A stretch of DNA of 64,000 nt from Eledone cirrhosa (GCA_964016885.1 OZ024746.1:20274001-20338000), one strand, 5' to 3'; counted from the stretch's first letter, positions 30,084 through 42,710 are shown. Made by a program: numbers and translations. The notes: generated from the sequence alone by a model not told the origin.

Positions 30084-30675
30084 TTAACCCTGTCGCACCA
30101 TGTTCCCACTATAGCGGTAATAACCTAAATTTAATCTCTACCAGATTCCTGTTAAAGTGGCAATGAACAACACATGTAGAAAAAGATAACCTACTAAACA
30201 TTGACAACTGATCACTTTGCAGCTTAGTAGTTATATGTGCTTATGACTCATTGTTAATGGGGACCACTATAGCTGTTGTTTACTTTTGTTTTTAATTTAA
30301 AAAAGAAAATGTGATGAACTCAGTGTTTCGTCTGGTAAACGAACAAGATTTAGACTCTTTACAGTTGAGGAAATTATTGATGATATTTATTCTAGGGACG
30401 AAGATGAGCAAGAATTTCAGCAAGTTTGCCCTTACATAAACAGTGAAAGCTGTGAGGACAGAAGCAATTTAGGTGAACAAATTTGGTGTAGTCCTTGCAC
30501 AGCTAATACTGATAGGGGTGGTGGAGATTATGTAAATCTAGATGAAAGGTGGGTAGAGACAGTTACTGCACCTTGTGTTGATTCTGTCCATTAGTTTGTC
30601 TTCAATTATTACTCTTGAGCTGTATATGCAACTATTTAATTTTTGGTTCAGGAGCCCAGGGTCTGAGAGGGTTAA
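30084..30675. mobile_element. Decayed piggyBac-type non-autonomous element
   Basis: TTAA|CCCTGTCGCACC ... GGTCTGAGAGGG|TTAA. Confidence 0.5.
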
Positions 30676-31078
30676 ATTTAGCTTTTTTTTTAATGTTCAA
30701 ATTTTGATTAAGAAAACTCAAATTTTAACATATCTGCCTATACAAATTACAAATATAAATAAATTTTACAAATGAAAAGAAATCTTGATGTTGGAGAGAG
30801 GTTTTAATACAAAATGAGGGTAATAGAAAACCATATGGCAAGAAAAATAAATGGATAGAATACATGAAAAAACAATGAGATGGGTGCATGGCTGTGAGTA
30901 TCTACTGTAACAGCTAAAATGTTACAGTAAGACTATTATAAGGTGGAATGGTAAAAATGGCAATTTCTGATGTACTGATAATGGCTGTTAACAATTATTA
31001 AATTAAATGATTTTTGTAATGAGTTTTTGTTACTTAAGTGTTTATGTTTTGATGTCATTTCCCTGAAAACATTAACAC

Positions 31079-31158
31079 TCAGCATTCATCCCCGTCATCT
31101 TCCATTTCTTTGAGTATTTCAAAGTAGTCGCTGGCTTTGATCTTTCTAGGAATGATAT
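31079..31158 (-). CDS. CHRAC1: CHRAC1 coding exon 3 (stop)
   Basis: tttttcAG acceptor; (D)IIPRKIKASDYFEILKEMEDDGDEC*; phase matches exon 2; total CDS 321 nt; resembles DILPKKILASKYLKMLKE plus acidic tail. Confidence 0.92.
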
Positions 31159-31339
31159 CTGAAAAATATAAAATATAATAAATTATTAGTAGAGGTGTGT
31201 GGCCTAGTGGTAAGAGTGTTGGACTTATGACCATAATGCTGTGGGTCCAATGAAGTCAGTGAAAGAATAAAAGAATAATATGATACTATTAACTGAAATT
31301 TAATAACAAATAAAGTTATATCCTAAAAAACTCAAAATG

Positions 31340-31580
31340 AAGGCACATGGCAAGTGTGTTGGACTTCTGGACTAGGTTGTATGTTATGTTTTTGAGTAAA
31401 ACATTTCATTTCAAACTGCTCCAGTATACTCAGCTGAAAATGAGTACTAGCAGCGATAGCTGGGAGTTTAACCTGCGATGGACTGACATCCTGTCCAGGG
31501 GAGAGTCTTATACTCCACGGAAATCAAGATAAGCACCGGCTTGATAAGCCTCCAGGTTCGAGACAAACTTTAAACTTTTA
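31340..31580 (+). mobile_element. SINE with V-domain-like segment
   Basis: CTGCGATGGACTGACATCCTGTCCAGGGG...GATAAGCACCGG...GAGACAAACTTT; copies at 17895-18100, 21055-21132 and 32568-32690. Confidence 0.65.
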
Positions 31581-31870
31581 TTGAATATACACAATATGTA
31601 AAAGTCATCATCTATTTTTCCATGTTAACATATAATGGAGAGTTGTGTTGCACAACTTAAAATGCACAGGAAAAAGAAAATCCAAATGGGGAATATTGTC
31701 ACACCTTTCCTTTATATTAGTGGAATAGTCTGATGGTGGCTAAGTGTGCTTGGCTGCATTAACATTGTATGTGTGAGTGGTTTGTCTGTGTTATTATCTA
31801 TAAAAAAAATTATTTGACAATTATGTATCTGTTCAAGAGATATATATAAAATATATATATATATTATATA

Positions 31871-32062
31871 AGGGCGGTGGATTGGCAGTATCGGTAGAGG
31901 GTCGGACGCCATGCTTTGACGCATAGAGTTACGGCCCTTGCCATTCTGAGTTCAAATCCCGCCGAGGTTAACTTTGCCTTTCATCCTTACGGGGTCGATA
32001 AAATAAAGTACCAGTAATGCACTGGGTAATTGCTGGCCTTGTGCCAAAAAGTAGAAACAATT
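31871..32062 (+). mobile_element. tRNA-derived SINE, full-length copy of the dominant family
   Basis: A-box TGGCAGTATCGG, B-box GAGTTCAAATCC, core GCCTTTCATCCTTACGGGGTCGATAAAATAAAGTACCAG, tail GGCCTTGTGCC..AGAAACAATT; resembles abundant octopod SINEs. Confidence 0.88.
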
Positions 32063-32090
32063 ATATATTATATATTATATTATATTATAT

Positions 32091-32121
<31 letters not shown>

Positions 32122-32135
32122 GTATAGGTGATTCA

Positions 32136-32237
32136 GTGAATTACTGAAGAGCAGAAGGATAATGGAGTCAGGTCCATAACTCCTATGGGTGACCTTGAGC
32201 CAATCCTCTGCGAAACGCGCATAACAGGTCGATACAC
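32136..32237 (+). ncRNA. Hammerhead-like motif with long stem II (antisense in CHRAC1 intron 2)
   Basis: CTGAAGA-GCAGAAGGAT..GGTC CATA..TATG..GACC..ATCCTCTGC-GAAA-CGCGCA; stem I degenerate. Confidence 0.5.
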
Positions 32238-32720
32238 AATAAAAATCTAATACAAGTAAACAAAACTTTCTCGTTTTTTTCTAATATATATATATAATTT
32301 AATTACATAATAAACACAATATAATTAACAACACAACACTGGTCTAAGTTGGTGTATCAAGTTGCATCCCTTTCCATCAAAACGTAAAGCTCAACAAGTA
32401 TCAGGGTTATAATGTATGCATGGTCCCATAACTCTTCATTGAGTCGTAGGGGCGCCATATTGACAGACATCGATTCTAGGACGCTTTTAAACCTGGGGGA
32501 GCCCATCCCTCACCAGGTCTGAATACAGCAGATTTCTTCCAGCCTCTGGGCTTGAAACAGATTTTAACCCCTTGTGATGGACTGGTGTTATGTCCAGGGG
32601 TAGTCTTTTACAGTCACTTTATATCATGGAGACTAGGATAAGCACTGGCCTAATGAGTCTCAGGGCTCGAGACAGACTTTAGACTTTTTTTAAAGAAAAA
32701 GAATGGAAAATGCAAATTAC

Positions 32721-32841
32721 CTTGTAAAAACTGTAGAGTTTCTTCTGTGTTGACAACCTCAGCTAAATCCCCATACTGGAGCTGTTTTCCATCCCGTCCG
32801 TTGGTGAGTGACACTCGCGCTAAATTTTGCACAAAAAACTC
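32721..32841 (-). CDS. CHRAC1: CHRAC1 coding exon 2
   Basis: tttctttcttttaatAG acceptor; EFFVQNLARVSLTNGRDGKQLQYGDLAEVVNTEETLQFLQ; GTAATT donor, phase 1; continues the histone fold. Confidence 0.93.
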
Positions 32842-32967
32842 CTATTAAAAGAAAGAAACCATCGACTTAATAATATAACAAAATGAAAAATATAAAACAA
32901 TCCCGTTGTTATTATGTCAATATTTTTCTATAGTGCAAATCATAAAAGGGTTTGTTTTAATGATACA

Positions 32968-33997
32968 CTAGGAGAATGGCCCGGCGTTGCTCGGGATTTG
33001 CTCTAGGGTTCTTATATATTTGATATATATTTATCCTTATCGAGCCTCGTGAAATAAACAGATTTGTTTATATTTTGTTATTGTGTATGCAAAAATATCT
33101 GTACACAAATATATAATTATATATATATATATATAAACAGTACAGTGAAGTACGGAATACCTCGGCCTCGGGATGGTGTCTACATTTTGTGCTTATAAGA
33201 AAAATTTGTCATAGATTACCAGGGTTTTTTTCCGTGCGAAGAAAATAAATACTTTATCGCGAAATAAATACTTTTGATTATATTTTGTTATTGTGTATAC
33301 AAAAATATCTGTACACAAATATATAATTATATATATATAATCATTCATTTTTCCTTTTTACGTCCGCTTTTCCCTGCTTGCAAGGGTGAGACGGCACTGA
33401 TTCTTTAATATATATATATATTAAAATAACAGATTAAAGATTAAGCAAAGAATCGCTGTTTTCACCCTTAACGGGATCTTCTGAAACTAAAATAAAAAAT
33501 CAATCTGTGAACGCAGATGTAAATATTTCGAAAAACGTTGCAACCGAAGGAAAACAGGAAGACGATACTTTGGTTCGTGAAGACGTTCCCTGGAATATAT
33601 ATAATATTCACACACTATATATACATATATACACACACATTCCCTGGAATATATATAATATTCACACACTATATATACATATATACACACACACTGATCG
33701 CGTCATAATGACGTAATGCAGACAGTCAGGCATACAGACAGATATTATAAGGGCGCGACATTATATCTATGTATCTATCTAAAAAGAGAAAGACTAAGAA
33801 TTATAGACAGAGATCGCTAAATCACCTAATGCAGTGCCTAGGGTATTGAAAATTTGAAATTTTTTTGTTCAAAACACGCACAGGACCATAAGTATTACAT
33901 GTGTAAAGTTTGAAAAAACTCGGTTGGGTGGTTCTCGAGTTTTAGTGATTGGACAGACAGACAGACAAACAGACATTCTCTGTTTTATTAATATAGA
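32968..33997 (-). mobile_element. Non-autonomous Helitron in CHRAC1 intron 1
   Basis: On minus: A|TCTATATTAAT 5' end, (CTGT)n subterminal repeat, 3' hairpin CCCGAGCAACGCCGGG and CTAG|T terminus; internal duplication 33051-33135/33260-33340. Confidence 0.8.
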
Positions 33998-34039
33998 TAA
34001 TGCCAACATATGATAGTAGAGATTTCTTTCTATGAATGA

Positions 34040-34248
34040 TTTCTGATTTAAGTACAAGGCCAACAGTTTGTGGAGGAGGGGAAAGTTGCTTAAATTAACC
34101 CCAGTGCATTACTGATACTTTATGTTAACATAAGGATGAAGGCAAAGCTAACCTCGACAGGATTTGAACTCAGAACATAAAGGGACGTAACTTTTTGCCA
34201 CAAAGCAAGTTGTTCGATATTCTACCAATACATCCAATCCACAGCCCT
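34040..34248 (-). mobile_element. SINE, dominant family
   Basis: Reverse complement of the consensus; other minus copies at 18150-18255 and 22770-22905. Confidence 0.8.
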
Positions 34249-37200
34249 GGGATTTGTTTGAATAATACTTAATGCCAACATATGCTAGAAGAGATTTCTT
34301 TGTAATAATAAGAAATAACAACAAAGGAGTAGATACAATAAGTAATAAAGAATACTATAAGCACCTGAGTATACATAAAGTAAATTAATTACCATAGATA
34401 CTAAAATATAAGCTGATCCAAATATAAGCTAACTACCCCTATTTTATGTCTGAGAAATAGGCAAAAATCCAAACACCATGTATAAGCCAAGAAAGCTACT
34501 CAACACCTTATGTTTAGATGGTGCAGTTTTAAATGATTTAAGAAGTTTTAATATTTTGATATTTAAAATGCTTTAAGTGCCATTTAGAGAATAGATTTTG
34601 TTTCACAACTCCATTACATAATGATTTATTTTTACCTATTTCTGACCATTTTGAAGTTCATATTTATTGAAAACAAATCTAAGTGCAAGCCATAGGATGT
34701 GTGGCAGACCTAAAACCTCGTTGAGGACGATATAGAACCTGGCTAAGTGCCTAGCCTGAAAGCAGGATCATAACAAGGCTTACAACTGTTATGATTACAG
34801 TTCTTTCAGATTAAGTACTAGCCATAAACAATTGTGATAAATGTTATATATTTATAATTAAAATATGATTCTACCAAGTCCACACAATCTTTTCGGCATG
34901 TGTCAACTTCAAAGCTTCCTACCATCATCTAACCCTTCTTACTGTTTTTGTTTAGTCAGAACTAAATGCTCAGGGTTTTTGTTTGTGTTGGCATGTTCAC
35001 GTTTCAACTCCTACAGTTAATTGCCATCTTCTCAATATATTCTTTATGAAAAAAGCACTCAGTACACCCTGTTTGGTGGTAATGTTTGTGTCACATCAAA
35101 AAGCACCCAGTCCACCTTGCATAATAGTAGTGCTGGTGCCACAAAAAATACTCGCAGTCCACATTATACAGTGGTTGGCATTAGGAAACGCATCCAGTCA
35201 TAGAACAAAACAGAACATATGAGCAAGAACCTCCAGAGCTTTGTTAGGTTTTGGTCATGTCAGGAGTGTAGCCGTACTCACCACGCTTGGCCAATACAGG
35301 TTGGCGAGGCTATTCAACCTATAGTTGGATGGCTGTTGACTAAGGAATTCATGTCCTTTTAACAGCTGGGGTTTTTTTGTTTTTTTTTTGGCTGCTGAGG
35401 GTTCACTTATCCTTCTTCCTCACAGGACCAGAGAGATACCCACACACGAGTACATGCATCACAACAGTTAAAATTATAATATTGGTTATGATAATGGAGC
35501 TTGGGAGGTATAATATACTTTTGGGCTCTTGCCCTTTATACTTATGTTAAGTCTCCAGCTCCTTCTGCTGACCAACTTATTACTTCCTCTATACCATGAG
35601 TAACATGAAAAGGCATTTGACCTGATGCTTTCATTTTCCACCCCATCAGTATTCACTATTATCATCCCATATAACAAGATATGGCATTAGATCTGTCCCT
35701 ACTCAGTACTGTCACTCTCTAACACCGATTGCCAACGTGGGATACACACCCAACAGGGGAGGCAACTTGAATATTTAAGGGGGAGCAATTTGAAAATTAT
35801 GTTTAGAACAAACCTTATTTACTTTTACACCAACGCAACTTCGGTACATATTACTATCAGAAACTCCGGTCTCACCTCTACACGTTATTGTGCATCTGGC
35901 ACCACTTATAGACCAATTTGTTTACACTTTTCAGTTGATCATTGCTGTTTTCATATCAAAGGAGAGGTATAACAATTTTTTAGATGTTGAAGTGGGACAT
36001 GGTACACAAAAGGGTGGGAACTACTGCTCTAACACTAACCACTATTCTCTACTCTCCTCCGTGAGATTCTTAGCTCTACCTTACTATCACCTATATATAT
36101 CACTATTGTTATCCATCACTCAAGCTCACATCAAATACCAATAACTATTTGTTTCTTCAATGAGACTCTTAGATGGTATTGATCACTCTCACTATTACAA
36201 TTGTCTAATAATCACTTGCTGTCTTAGCCCTATTGCTATACCATCATGTTGCTTTTCTATTTAACCTCCTACCGATAACCAACAACTGTCTATCTAGGAC
36301 TCTTTAGGCTTGTAGAGAACATGACAATCGCTCTTTTGTTGGAGCTGCCGTAGAAACCAAGCCTAAAATGAGACGTGGTCCTCCGACTCCGTCTAGGAGG
36401 TCAGTAACTGAAAAAGTACTGACATGTGCTGTAAAGCCCATCCATCCAACCCATATCAGTATGGAAAACAGGCGTAAAAATCAAAATAGTGATGTTTGTA
36501 CGCGTACATAGACATGTATTGTTGCTAAATTCCTAACTGAAATCGCTACACTTGGTCTGTAAAGGTAATGAGACACACATGAATGACACCTTCTATATAC
36601 CAAAGCGAAATCTGACTTCCTGCTAGAATGTAAAACGAAAATAATTAGCTACAATGAAAATAAATAATTCGTATACAAGTTAAGACAGAATTTATATCCG
36701 TATCTCTAGTGGGATTTTGGCTTCTCCAATAATAGTTTATTTTTACTTATATTTCTGCCATTTCATTACACGGAAGTGTGATTGAGGATGACATGTATCT
36801 TCTTGTCCAGTTTGTTTCTTCGACACATATACATATACAAACAAATGCCTATGTGTGCGTAGATTAATGTTTTCGTGTGTGTGTGTGTATATATATATAT
36901 ATACTGTATGTGTGTGTACCTTTTAGTAAATATACACTCGTTCACTAGCGAGTAACGAAGTGGTGAGAATAAAACGAGAAATACTCTGCGGGAATCTTTA
37001 TCAAAATACTATGAAATACGTAAAGATATATATCTTTTAATCATAACCAAATTTCATCTTAATGACTAAAGCCAAATAAATAAGGAAAAAATGTGTCAAC
37101 ATAAAAGAAAATGATTTCATTATTTTTATAATGCTAGAATCTAAGGAGACGTGTGGTGTTCTGCGTCAGTTAGAATCCGTAAAAGATGAAGTATGCTGAG

Positions 37201-37512
37201 GAGAAATATCGAACGTATTGTGTACAGGCCATCATCAGAATAATTTATTTTTTGTTTTATGTTGTTTTATACAGAGAAAAACCACCTGGGTACTTCAGGC
37301 TTCTAAACAATAATTTGACGTAATAAATTACAGGTAGATTTGCTAGTTGATATTTGAAATGTAATAAGAAGCTAATTATTCGTTAGAACAATGCGAGTCT
37401 AAAAGAAATACGGCTTTGTGACTTTAAAAAGACAGATAGTCGTGTGTTAAATGAGGGAAAAAATAACAATATGAATGTATGGTGCCAAATTAACGTGGAT
37501 TATCAACTTTAC

Positions 37513-37632
37513 CGTAGCTTTTCCCGTTAGAAACAGAGCTTCTTGGCTTATACTCGAAACATCTGGTGAACTTTTCATGATAGTTTTTACGCGAGAAAGC
37601 GGCAAGGCACAAAGACTGTTTTTGTCTGCCAT
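37513..37632 (-). CDS. CHRAC1: CHRAC1 (CHRAC15) histone-fold protein, coding exon 1
   Basis: ATG at 37632; MADKNSLCALPLSRVKTIMKSSPDVSSISQEALFLTGKAT resembles the CHRAC1 LPLSRIRVIMKSSPEVSSINQEALVLTAKAT segment; ends at GTAAAG donor, phase 0. Confidence 0.93.
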
Positions 37633-37639
37633 GATTAAG

Positions 37640-37780
37640 CTGAGATCTAAGTCAAATTTACACACAACGCCGCAATTGGCGGAACGGCCGACCAGGACCG
37701 CAGTTAATGTAATATTCATCACGTGACCAATCATGAATTAACTACAAACTTCCGTTCGGAGAATTTCACGTAGATGATGT
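37640..37780 (-). promoter_or_regulatory. CHRAC1 proximal promoter / 5' UTR
   Basis: CpG-richer patch just upstream of the ATG with TCACGTGAC E-box, adjacent CCAAT, an ATTGG and an ETS-like ACTTCCG. Confidence 0.5.
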
Positions 37781-37815
37781 ATAATGATGATACTAATATT
37801 TTTCTGATGTGTGTG

Positions 37816-37854
<39 letters not shown>

Positions 37855-37859
37855 GATAA

Positions 37860-38662
37860 CGGTTTCTGCTTTAGGCACAAGGCCAGCAATTTTGGGGGAG
37901 GGGAAAGTCGATTACATCGACCTCAGTGCGTAACTGGTACTTTATTTTATAGACCCGGTAAGGATGAAAGGCAAAGCTAACCTCAGCAGGATTTGAACTC
38001 AGAACGTAAAGGGCCGTAACTATATGCCGCTAAGCACGTCCGATGCTCTACCGATTCCGATAACGTCAGGGAAAGTGGTTTTGTTCAATGTGTTGAAATG
38101 GTGTGGGTAGAAATTCTATAAGGTGCACACAGTAAAAGTTTCCGATTTAGGCACAAAGCCAACAATTTTGTATGAAGAGAGAATCGATTAAATCAACACC
38201 AGTACGTTACTGGTACTTTATTTTATTGACCCTGTAAGTCAAAGTTAACCTCGGCGTGATTTGAACTTAGAACGTAATGAGGCGTAACTATATGCTTCAA
38301 AGTATGTTGTCTCACGCTCTATTGATACTGCCAATTCACTGCTCTTAATAATAATTGTTTCTACTTTTGGCACAAGGCCAGCAATTATATCAGTGTATTA
38401 CTGGTACTTTATTTTATCAACTCCATAAGGATGAAAGGCAAAGTTAACCTCGGCGGGATTTGAACTCAGACCATAAAGGGCCGTAACTCTGTTGCAAAGC
38501 ATGGTGTCCGACCCTCTACAATGGTTTCTGATTTAGGCACAAGACCAACAATTTGGGGGGAAAGGGGAAGTCGATTAAATTGACCCCGTAATGATGAAAA
38601 AAAAAGCAAACCTCGGCGGGATTTAAACTTAGAACGTAAAGGGACGTAACTATATGCCGCAA
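37860..38662 (-). mobile_element. Tandem array of four SINE copies upstream of CHRAC1
   Basis: Copies at ~37860-38060, 38140-38345, 38355-38520, 38522-38662, same orientation. Confidence 0.85.
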
Positions 38663-38929
38663 AATGTGTATCATGATACATATATTTTTCTGATGTGTGT
38701 ATATCTCTCTAATACCGCCAGGGGAGTGGATTTGTTCTATATGTTGAAAAGAGATGGATAGAAATTGGGTGTCATAAATTACTGGTAGATTTGTGAGTTG
38801 ATATTTGGAATGTAATAAGAAGTTGGAACAATGCAAGAAATATGGTTTTGTATGACCTAGAAAATCACATAGCTGTATTAAATGAAAAGAAATAACAATA
38901 TGAATATATGGTGCTAATTTAGCAGGCAA

Positions 38930-39540
38930 AAAATGTGGTGGGGGGTTACAGGTAGGTTAACAGAAAAGATAAACTTTGAATGTGCTACATATACAGGAGA
39001 AGTAAGCAGTAAGAGCACCCATGAAATAGATTCACTCAATTGCCAAGGAGGTTCCCTAGAAGTTGTTGACAGCTTTTGTTACTTAGTTGACCTAATCAGC
39101 AGTAGGCGAGGATGCTCTGAAGGTGTGGTAGCCAGAATAAGAACAGAACTGATTTAGGGAGTTAATACTTCTGCTGGCAAGAAAGGGCTTGTCTCTCAGA
39201 AAGAAGGGTAGACTGTATGATGACTGCATATGAACTGTAATGCTACATGGCAGTGAATCATAGACACTGACTGCAAAAGACTAGAAAGAAATGAAGCAAG
39301 TATGTTTTGATGGATGTGTTACATTAGTGTGCATGAACAACATAGTATAAGTAAGCTGAGAAAAAACCTGGTATAAGAGGAATTAAACATAGCTTGTGAA
39401 AGAGAAGACTACATTGGTATGGAATCCTGGAAGAGGTAGAGATAAGAAGACATGGGATGAATTAGTGAAAACCAACCTTAAGAAGCTAAACCTCACACAG
39501 ATTAGCAACATGATGTATTAGAAAAAACTCATCTACCAGC
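38930..39540 (+). mobile_element. RTE-clade LINE relic
   Basis: LEVVDSFCYLVDLISSRRGCSEGVVARIR...KGRLY..C..TVMLHGSE; many stops; related minus relics at 45800-46280 and 53950-54700. Confidence 0.8.
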
Positions 39541-39649
39541 ATAAAGGATATGACATGATCGATTAGTGCTCCTGCCACTATTGCTCCTTAATAGCTATTC
39601 TTACTATATCCCTACACTCTATCTCTTTGTTGCTCACTTATTTCTGGGA

Positions 39650-39975
39650 GAACCATGAGGGCAGAGTCCTCAAACACTCCTTCCAGTGGGTCCTGTCAGA
39701 AGCAACTGTCTCCAATTGATCTGGCTGGATCCCCAAGCAAGAACAGCCAGGCTCATGGATGTTATCCAACCATCTTCCTCGGGGTCTACTCCTGGGTCTC
39801 CTGTTGGTTTTGCCTATAAAATATGTCCAGTGATTCTTTCCTAAGACATTCTAACCACATGTCCATAATATCGGAGCTGTGACCTCTGAATTCAGAGAAG
39901 TAGTAGCTCTACCTGGTTATACTCTCTGATCTCCGAGCTATACACTCTATCAAGTAACATTACTCTAAGATCACC
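39650..39975 (-). mobile_element. RTE-clade LINE 3' relic
   Basis: QRSQLRYYGHVVRMS..RPRSRPRGRWLDNI; relatives at 23780-23975 and 49885-50080. Confidence 0.7.
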
Positions 39976-40735
39976 CTTCTGCTCTTAAATTCCAACACAC
40001 CTGTCATAACTCCTTAGTAGCTATTTTCATCATCACAGTACCCACCCTCACTCTATTGGAGATAACCCCCTCACTTCCCACTCGTCACCATGACAAAGCC
40101 CACTACACTTATCATAATTACCCTACTTACCTCACCCCCAACCCCAATAGCTTTAATGAAGACTGTACATGAAATGGTTTTACAGTGCAGTTGTAAGAGA
40201 ATGTGTTTATAGGTTGAAGTAAAAAGCATTATTTCATATAGACAGGAGAGCGAAAAATAGGAAGTGAAGCAAAATTAGTTCTGAGGCCGCGGTAAGATTT
40301 TCATGTAAATAGATATACAATATGTAAGAAACATATGTAAATTATCATTAATATTAGTCAGGTTCGAAGTTCAAATAAACATGGAGAGCCAAAGTAGTTG
40401 ACATACTTTGTTATTAATTATAAGCATTTGAAAATTTGATTTCATGTGGCAAACTAAAAAACTGGTGTATTCGAGTTTGTCAATCCATAATTGTTTCTCA
40501 GTTGTATGTATTAATCAACTAATACTTGTGTACACAGGTTTTAGCACTAAATGTAGTATACTTTCTAGATTGTGACGTAAACACACAAGTTTATGTACTA
40601 CAGAGATTTTATATAATAATTAAGAATAAGTCAGTATTCTGGAATCTTACATTATTTTATTAATTATGTCATTGCTGTTATATGCATTTCAATGGTATCA
40701 ATTATGTCAGACAGCTATTATAAAAAAATTACATA

Positions 40736-40800
40736 ATAGCTGTCTGATGAAGACATGTCAATTGCATAATTGATACCATTGAAATGTATATAACAGCAAT
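40736..40800 (+). ncRNA. Hammerhead motif
   Basis: ATAGCTGT-CTGATGA-[TGTCAATT/AATTGATA]-GAAA-TGTATA-TA-ACAGCAAT; inverted partial copy at 40666-40720. Confidence 0.68.
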
Positions 40801-41174
40801 GACATCATTTTTCTTTATCTTTTTTATGCTTATTTTGCCTTGCATTTAAATTTTATTTTATATTCACTTATCTTTTGTTTTGTTTCTCAACTGTAAGAAG
40901 TACTAAATATTTTCCCCAATCTGTTATGGCTTACTAAATAATCAATTTAAACGTCTATATAGAGCTAGTAAGCCATGGCAAACTAGGGGAAGTGTCTAGT
41001 ACCCCTTACAGTTAAGAAACAAAAACAAGATATATATATATATATAGGGAGACACAAAACAGGCTTTGTTTACAAACCCTGCTTTGTATCTCCCTATTTA
41101 TATAAATAATTATATTATTAATTAGATTTTTTCTAATATAGAATTTCACATGGACAGGAGTCAACACATGAAAG

Positions 41175-41267
41175 CACATATCTGAAGAGCTTTCAATTCC
41201 AGAATCAGGAACCAACATAATCGATCGTTCCTCGAGCTGGTCGGCAGTGAAACATATGTAATAAGTG
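41175..41267 (+). ncRNA. Hammerhead motif with long stem II
   Basis: CACATAT-CTGAAGA-GCT..CCAG..AGGAAC..GTTCCT..CTGG..AGT-GAAA-CATATG-TA-ATAAGTG. Confidence 0.62.
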
Positions 41268-41547
41268 ATTATATATGTATATGATGCAACACTGATTCTT
41301 TGTTCCCTAATTATATATATATATATATATTGTTATACATGGGAGGGTTATGTTGCCAATAAAAACACACGCACTATTTATATAAATAATTATATTATTA
41401 ACTAGATTTTTTCTAATATAGAATTTCACATGGACGTGAGTCAACACGTGAAAGCACATATCTGTCTCTCCTTTCTTACACCATCTTGTTTTTGTGTGAT
41501 AAGATGGTGTAGGACAGAACAAAAGAGAGATACACAAAATAAAAACC

Positions 41548-41594
41548 TAGTCACTGAGGAGGTCACAGAATGTGTGGCGAAAGAACTTTGACAA
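41548..41594 (+). ncRNA. Degenerate hammerhead-like motif
   Basis: GTCA-CTGAGGA-G GTCACA gaatg TGTGGC-GAAA-GAACTT-TGAC. Confidence 0.45.
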
Positions 41595-41754
41595 TATATA
41601 AACAACCTTCCAGTTATCAAATCAACCAACGGAAATTTATAATACATTGAAGTGAAAACAACAGGTGCGTGTATTTTTATTGGCAACATGACCCTCCCAA
41701 AGTATAAAAATATCTGTTTCAACATACGTTTTCAGATAAGAAATCTCGCAAAAC

Positions 41755-41805
<51 letters not shown>

Positions 41806-42092
41806 TCAATATTCAGGTTGATGATGGTCTGAAACTGTTTTAAACATTGGCGCTCTTTCGTGAATACGAAGTAAAGTATGTTTTCAAACAGAAAAAAATA
41901 CAGAAAACATATTCAAAGATTCTTATTATCATTGATTTTTTTAAGCAAGAAAATATTGAAATAAATTTAATTAATAAAAACATACTTCAGAAACAAAAAA
42001 AAGTTGTTTATTTTCAATTTCTCTAAATATAATCGAACACCCAATTAAAGTATGAGTGGGAAATTTTGCTTCGTTCGTCTCGCTTAATCCTA

Positions 42093-42139
42093 CTTCCTTT
42101 TCAAATTGTTGCTGTCGTGGTGTCTAGATAGCCTTATAA
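42093..42139 (+). promoter_or_regulatory. Putative TCT/5'TOP start and non-coding exon 1 of the EF1-delta-like gene
   Basis: CTTCCTTTTC oligopyrimidine tract followed 47 nt later by a GTAAGT donor; typical of translation-factor genes. Confidence 0.55.
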
Positions 42140-42519
42140 GTAAGTAGTAATTCAAGTTAGTTTTATTTATCATATTTTTTACTAACACTAAACAATTAAT
42201 TGTGTATTCATTAATATATAAGTTTTTTGTTGTAATACATATAAAAAGGAACTTTTAAGACGACAGCAAAAGTTATTTTATAAGATTACAAGATTTTTTT
42301 TTGTAACTCATTAACAGTACAAATTTCACCCCCATCGGATTATATAAAAGGAAAATCTGTATTGTCCTTAATAATAGTTTTAACTAATCTTCATTTATAT
42401 CCTGTTATTTTTATTTGTTGTATACATATTTCCACTAATTTCATTTGGTCCAGTGCTTGAATCAAAAACTTTTTCCACACGTCACTTGAAACATGCAATA
42501 TTGTAACTAATGTTCCCAT

Positions 42520-42710
42520 CGGTTGAAAAGTTCATAGGCGGACCAAGATACTCTCATGGAATGACCATATGAGGTTTTTTTTTTAACATACTCCCTGGAA
42601 TGAAACAATACAGTTATTAATAAAAGAAGTTGAAATTAATGCATGCAAGATTTCACAGTACTAGCATCAATCCTTCTTAGTCCGCCTATGAACTTTTCAG
42701 CCAACCCTCG
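42520..42710. mobile_element. Mariner-derived MITE (second copy 26721-26883)
   Basis: TIRs GGTTGAAAAGTTCATAGGCGGAC / GTCCGCCTATGAACTTTTCAGCC. Confidence 0.75.

Noticed and set aside
31871-31965. tRNA gene
   Set aside because: A/B boxes belong to a multi-copy SINE head; no cloverleaf
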